Below, piece by piece: positions 61,714 to 64,000 of a stretch of DNA of 64,000 nucleotides (positions are counted from its first letter, which is position 1; every line of letters starts with the position of its first letter). A model generated the notes under the pieces. That model was not told the origin of the DNA, searched no databases, and worked only from the letters and a program-made list of their open reading frames with translations. The stretch covers positions 704,001-768,000 of the forward strand of contig CAXXLV010000001.1 in NCBI GenBank assembly GCA_963664305.2, written 5' to 3'. The translations under genes were made by a program, and so were the position numbers. The stretch comes from an uncultured Aliarcobacter sp. GTDB lineage: Bacteria > Campylobacterota > Campylobacteria > Campylobacterales > Arcobacteraceae.

Positions 61714-62948
61714 ATCATACAAAACCACTGGAAATTGTAGAAAATATCTACTTTATTGGTGCATTTGACCCAGATATTAGAACATTTGATATTATTATGA
61801 AAACTGCAAATGGTTCTTCATATAATGCATATTTAATAAAAACTTCTGAAGGGGTAATAATAGTTGATACTGTAAAATTAGAGTTTCAACGAGATTTTTT
61901 CTCAAAAATAGAACAACTTTGTTCTTATGATGAAATAAAATATGTGTTATGTCACCACTTAGAACCAGACCATGCAGGTGCAATTCCAGAACTTATAAAA
62001 AGAGCTCCACAAGCAAAAGTTTTGATTTCACCTCAAGCAACACCTATGTTAAAAGCAATAACAAACAATGAAAATATTGATTTTGAAACGGTTTGGACAA
62101 ATAAAGAGTTGAAATTAGGAGAAAAAACAATTAAGTTTTTAACAACTCCATATTTACATTGGCCAGAAACAATGAGTTCATATGTAGTTGAAGATAGTTT
62201 ACTTTTTAGTGGTGATGTTTTTGGTAGCCACTATTATGATAGTAGATTATTTGATGATTTAGTTGGAGATTTTTCTTACGCTTTTAAATACTATTATGAC
62301 CACATAATGAGACCTTTTAAAACTTATGTTTTAAATGCTTTAAAGCTATATGATAAATTAGATATTAATATAATTGCAACTTTACATGGTCCAATAATTA
62401 GAGAAAAGCCGTATAAATATATTGAACTTTATAGAAAATGGAGTTTAGATAGACCAGATAATATCAGTTCAAACAATAAAATCATCTCTATTTTTTATCT
62501 AACAAGTTATAAAAATACTAGAGATATGGCTGAAGCTATATTTGAAGGTGCAGAAAGTATCAAAACTATACGAGCTAGTTTATATGATTTGGCTTCTATT
62601 GAAGAACAAAATATGATAAATATTCTTGAAGAGAGTGATGGAATACTTATTGGAACACCAACAATAAATGCAGATGCACCAAAACCTGTTTGGGATTTAC
62701 TATCTTGTATGATGTATTTAGAAAAAAGAGGAAAAACTGGTCAAGCATTTGGAAGTTATGGTTGGAGTGGAGAAGCTGTAAATATGATACTTGATAGAAT
62801 GAAATCGTTACATTTTAGAGTTCCTCCAATAGAACCTATGAAAATAAGACTTATTCCTAATGAAGATGAATTAGAAAAATGCTATAATTTCGGAAAGGAG
62901 TTTGCCGAGATTGTAAATGGCAAAATGATTGAAATAGATATGAATTAA
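61710..62948 (+). CDS. fprA: Flavodiiron protein (FprA / type A flavoprotein)
   Basis: SYNAYLI, HLEPDHAG, HWPETM, SGDVFG, HGP, plus flavodoxin domain with FGSYGWSGEA; ATG 61710. Confidence 0.9.
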   Translation: MNHTKPLEIVENIYFIGAFDPDIRTFDIIMKTANGSSYNAYLIKTSEGVIIVDTVKLEFQRDFFSKIEQLCSYDEIKYVLCHHLEPDHAGAIPELIKRAPQAKVLISPQATPMLKAITNNENIDFETVWTNKELKLGEKTIKFLTTPYLHWPETMSSYVVEDSLLFSGDVFGSHYYDSRLFDDLVGDFSYAFKYYYDHIMRPFKTYVLNALKLYDKLDINIIATLHGPIIREKPYKYIELYRKWSLDRPDNISSNNKIISIFYLTSYKNTRDMAEAIFEGAESIKTIRASLYDLASIEEQNMINILEESDGILIGTPTINADAPKPVWDLLSCMMYLEKRGKTGQAFGSYGWSGEAVNMILDRMKSLHFRVPPIEPMKIRLIPNEDELEKCYNFGKEFAEIVNGKMIEIDMN

Positions 62949-63018
62949 AAAATTAATTACCGATGAGTATAAAACTTTACAGGGGTTTAACTAAAACAAT
63001 ACTCATCGCTTATTAATT

Positions 63019-63846
63019 TTACAATTCCATATCTTTTAAATACTCACTTATTTTTGGAATAGAATCTTTTCTACAAACTAAACAAGTTGGAATATTTGCC
63101 TCTTTTTTTGGTAAAACAGTGATTTTAATATCTTTATCATAACCCATTTTTTTTACAATACTAGTAGGAAGCAGACTTTTTCCCATACCTACTTTTATAC
63201 ATGATAAAATAGTTTCAAGATTTCCTAAATACAAAGATTTCTCAACATAAATATCTTTTTCTTTATAATAGTTTTTTAGAAATTTATCATAAACGCAACC
63301 TGTTTTAAAAGTTAATGTCACATTTGGAACATTTTCTTCATTTGGTTCTAAAATAGCTATCTCTTCTTCATATTTTTTTAAAACCATTAAAGAGTCATTT
63401 TTTGGTTCACCACTAATAAATGCAATATCGATTTTATAATCCAAAATTAGTTGCATAATATCTTTTGTTGTTCCAGTGAATAACTCTAGTTGCATTTTTG
63501 GAAAATCTTTATGAAGTTGTATTAAAAAAGGAGAAATTCTAACTACTGCATTACACTCTGTTGAGCCAACTTTTAGGTGAGTCATTTGATCTTCTTGATT
63601 TAAACTTGATATGGCATTTTCCATTTTATGAAGTATTTCTAAAGCTTGTGGATAAAATCTTTCACCTGAAGGTGTTAAAATTACTCCTTTTGGAACTCTA
63701 TAAAATAGTTCAAGTCCTAAAATCTTTTCGAGTTGTTTTATTCTTGAAGTTACATTTGATTGAGCACATTTTAGTTCATTTGAAGCAAGTGAAATACTTT
63801 TTTTGTTTGCAACACTTACAAAAACTTTTAATAAATTCATATCCAT
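63019..63846 (-). CDS. LysR-family transcriptional regulator
   Basis: SISLAS.EL..AQSNVT.RIK.LE..LG..LF.R; ATG 63846 after AAGGAG. Confidence 0.92.
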   Translation of the reverse strand: MDMNLLKVFVSVANKKSISLASNELKCAQSNVTSRIKQLEKILGLELFYRVPKGVILTPSGERFYPQALEILHKMENAISSLNQEDQMTHLKVGSTECNAVVRISPFLIQLHKDFPKMQLELFTGTTKDIMQLILDYKIDIAFISGEPKNDSLMVLKKYEEEIAILEPNEENVPNVTLTFKTGCVYDKFLKNYYKEKDIYVEKSLYLGNLETILSCIKVGMGKSLLPTSIVKKMGYDKDIKITVLPKKEANIPTCLVCRKDSIPKISEYLKDMEL

Positions 63847-63943
63847 ATCATTTCTCCTTATATCACCTATCATTATTGATTATTTGACACTTGATAACCT
63901 TTAGTGATATGATAACGTAATTTGATGAACGAAAGGTTTATAA

Positions 63944-64000
63944 ATGAATAGATTGTTAGATAGAAATGATAATTTATCAATTATTATTGCAGGAATATTC
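63944..64000 (+). CDS. Start of a membrane protein, possibly an MFS transporter (truncated by window end)
   Basis: AAAGG RBS, MNRLLDRNDNLSIIIAGIF, divergent from LysR. Confidence 0.45.
   Translation, partial: MNRLLDRNDNLSIIIAGIF

Overview
Strongly AT-rich bacterial chromosome segment, most consistent with an Arcobacteraceae (Campylobacterota) genome, judged from the ruvC-dnaA-dnaN-gyrB order, fqrB, short queF and TGGAA-type sigma54 promoters. About 1-25 kb is mostly core or housekeeping: typA; an eptA-PAP2-dgkA envelope-modification operon; a monoheme/diheme cytochrome c-cytochrome b operon with its two-component system; yedE/yedF; an HD-GYP protein; thyX, glsA, purN, ruvC; the bipartite replication origin around dnaA; dnaN, gyrB, fqrB, queF; and the SRP RNA gene. 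About 25.2-63 kb is a large Mo-nitrogenase region: nifH-orf-nifDK, nifE and nifN separated by eutB-eutC-eat, nifA, nifT, nifX, nifW, nifZ, flavodoxin, ferredoxins, clpX, a mod locus with ModE boxes, its own rpoN and seven readable -24/-12 promoters. It carries many unusual accessory elements: a Shethna-II (FeSII)-like protein that has lost most cluster ligands, three Tpx-fold proteins lacking the peroxidatic Cys, a HicB-like/SEL1/NifU-C fusion, an unknown gene between nifH and nifD, a NifH loop insertion, and a candidate sigma54-driven ~55-nt small RNA or attenuator. Two genes are split by single-base indels. No CRISPR array, rRNA, tRNA, transposase or integrase was seen; nifB, nifS, nifU and nifV were not recognised in the window. 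All calls are by eye from motifs, with no database searches run.
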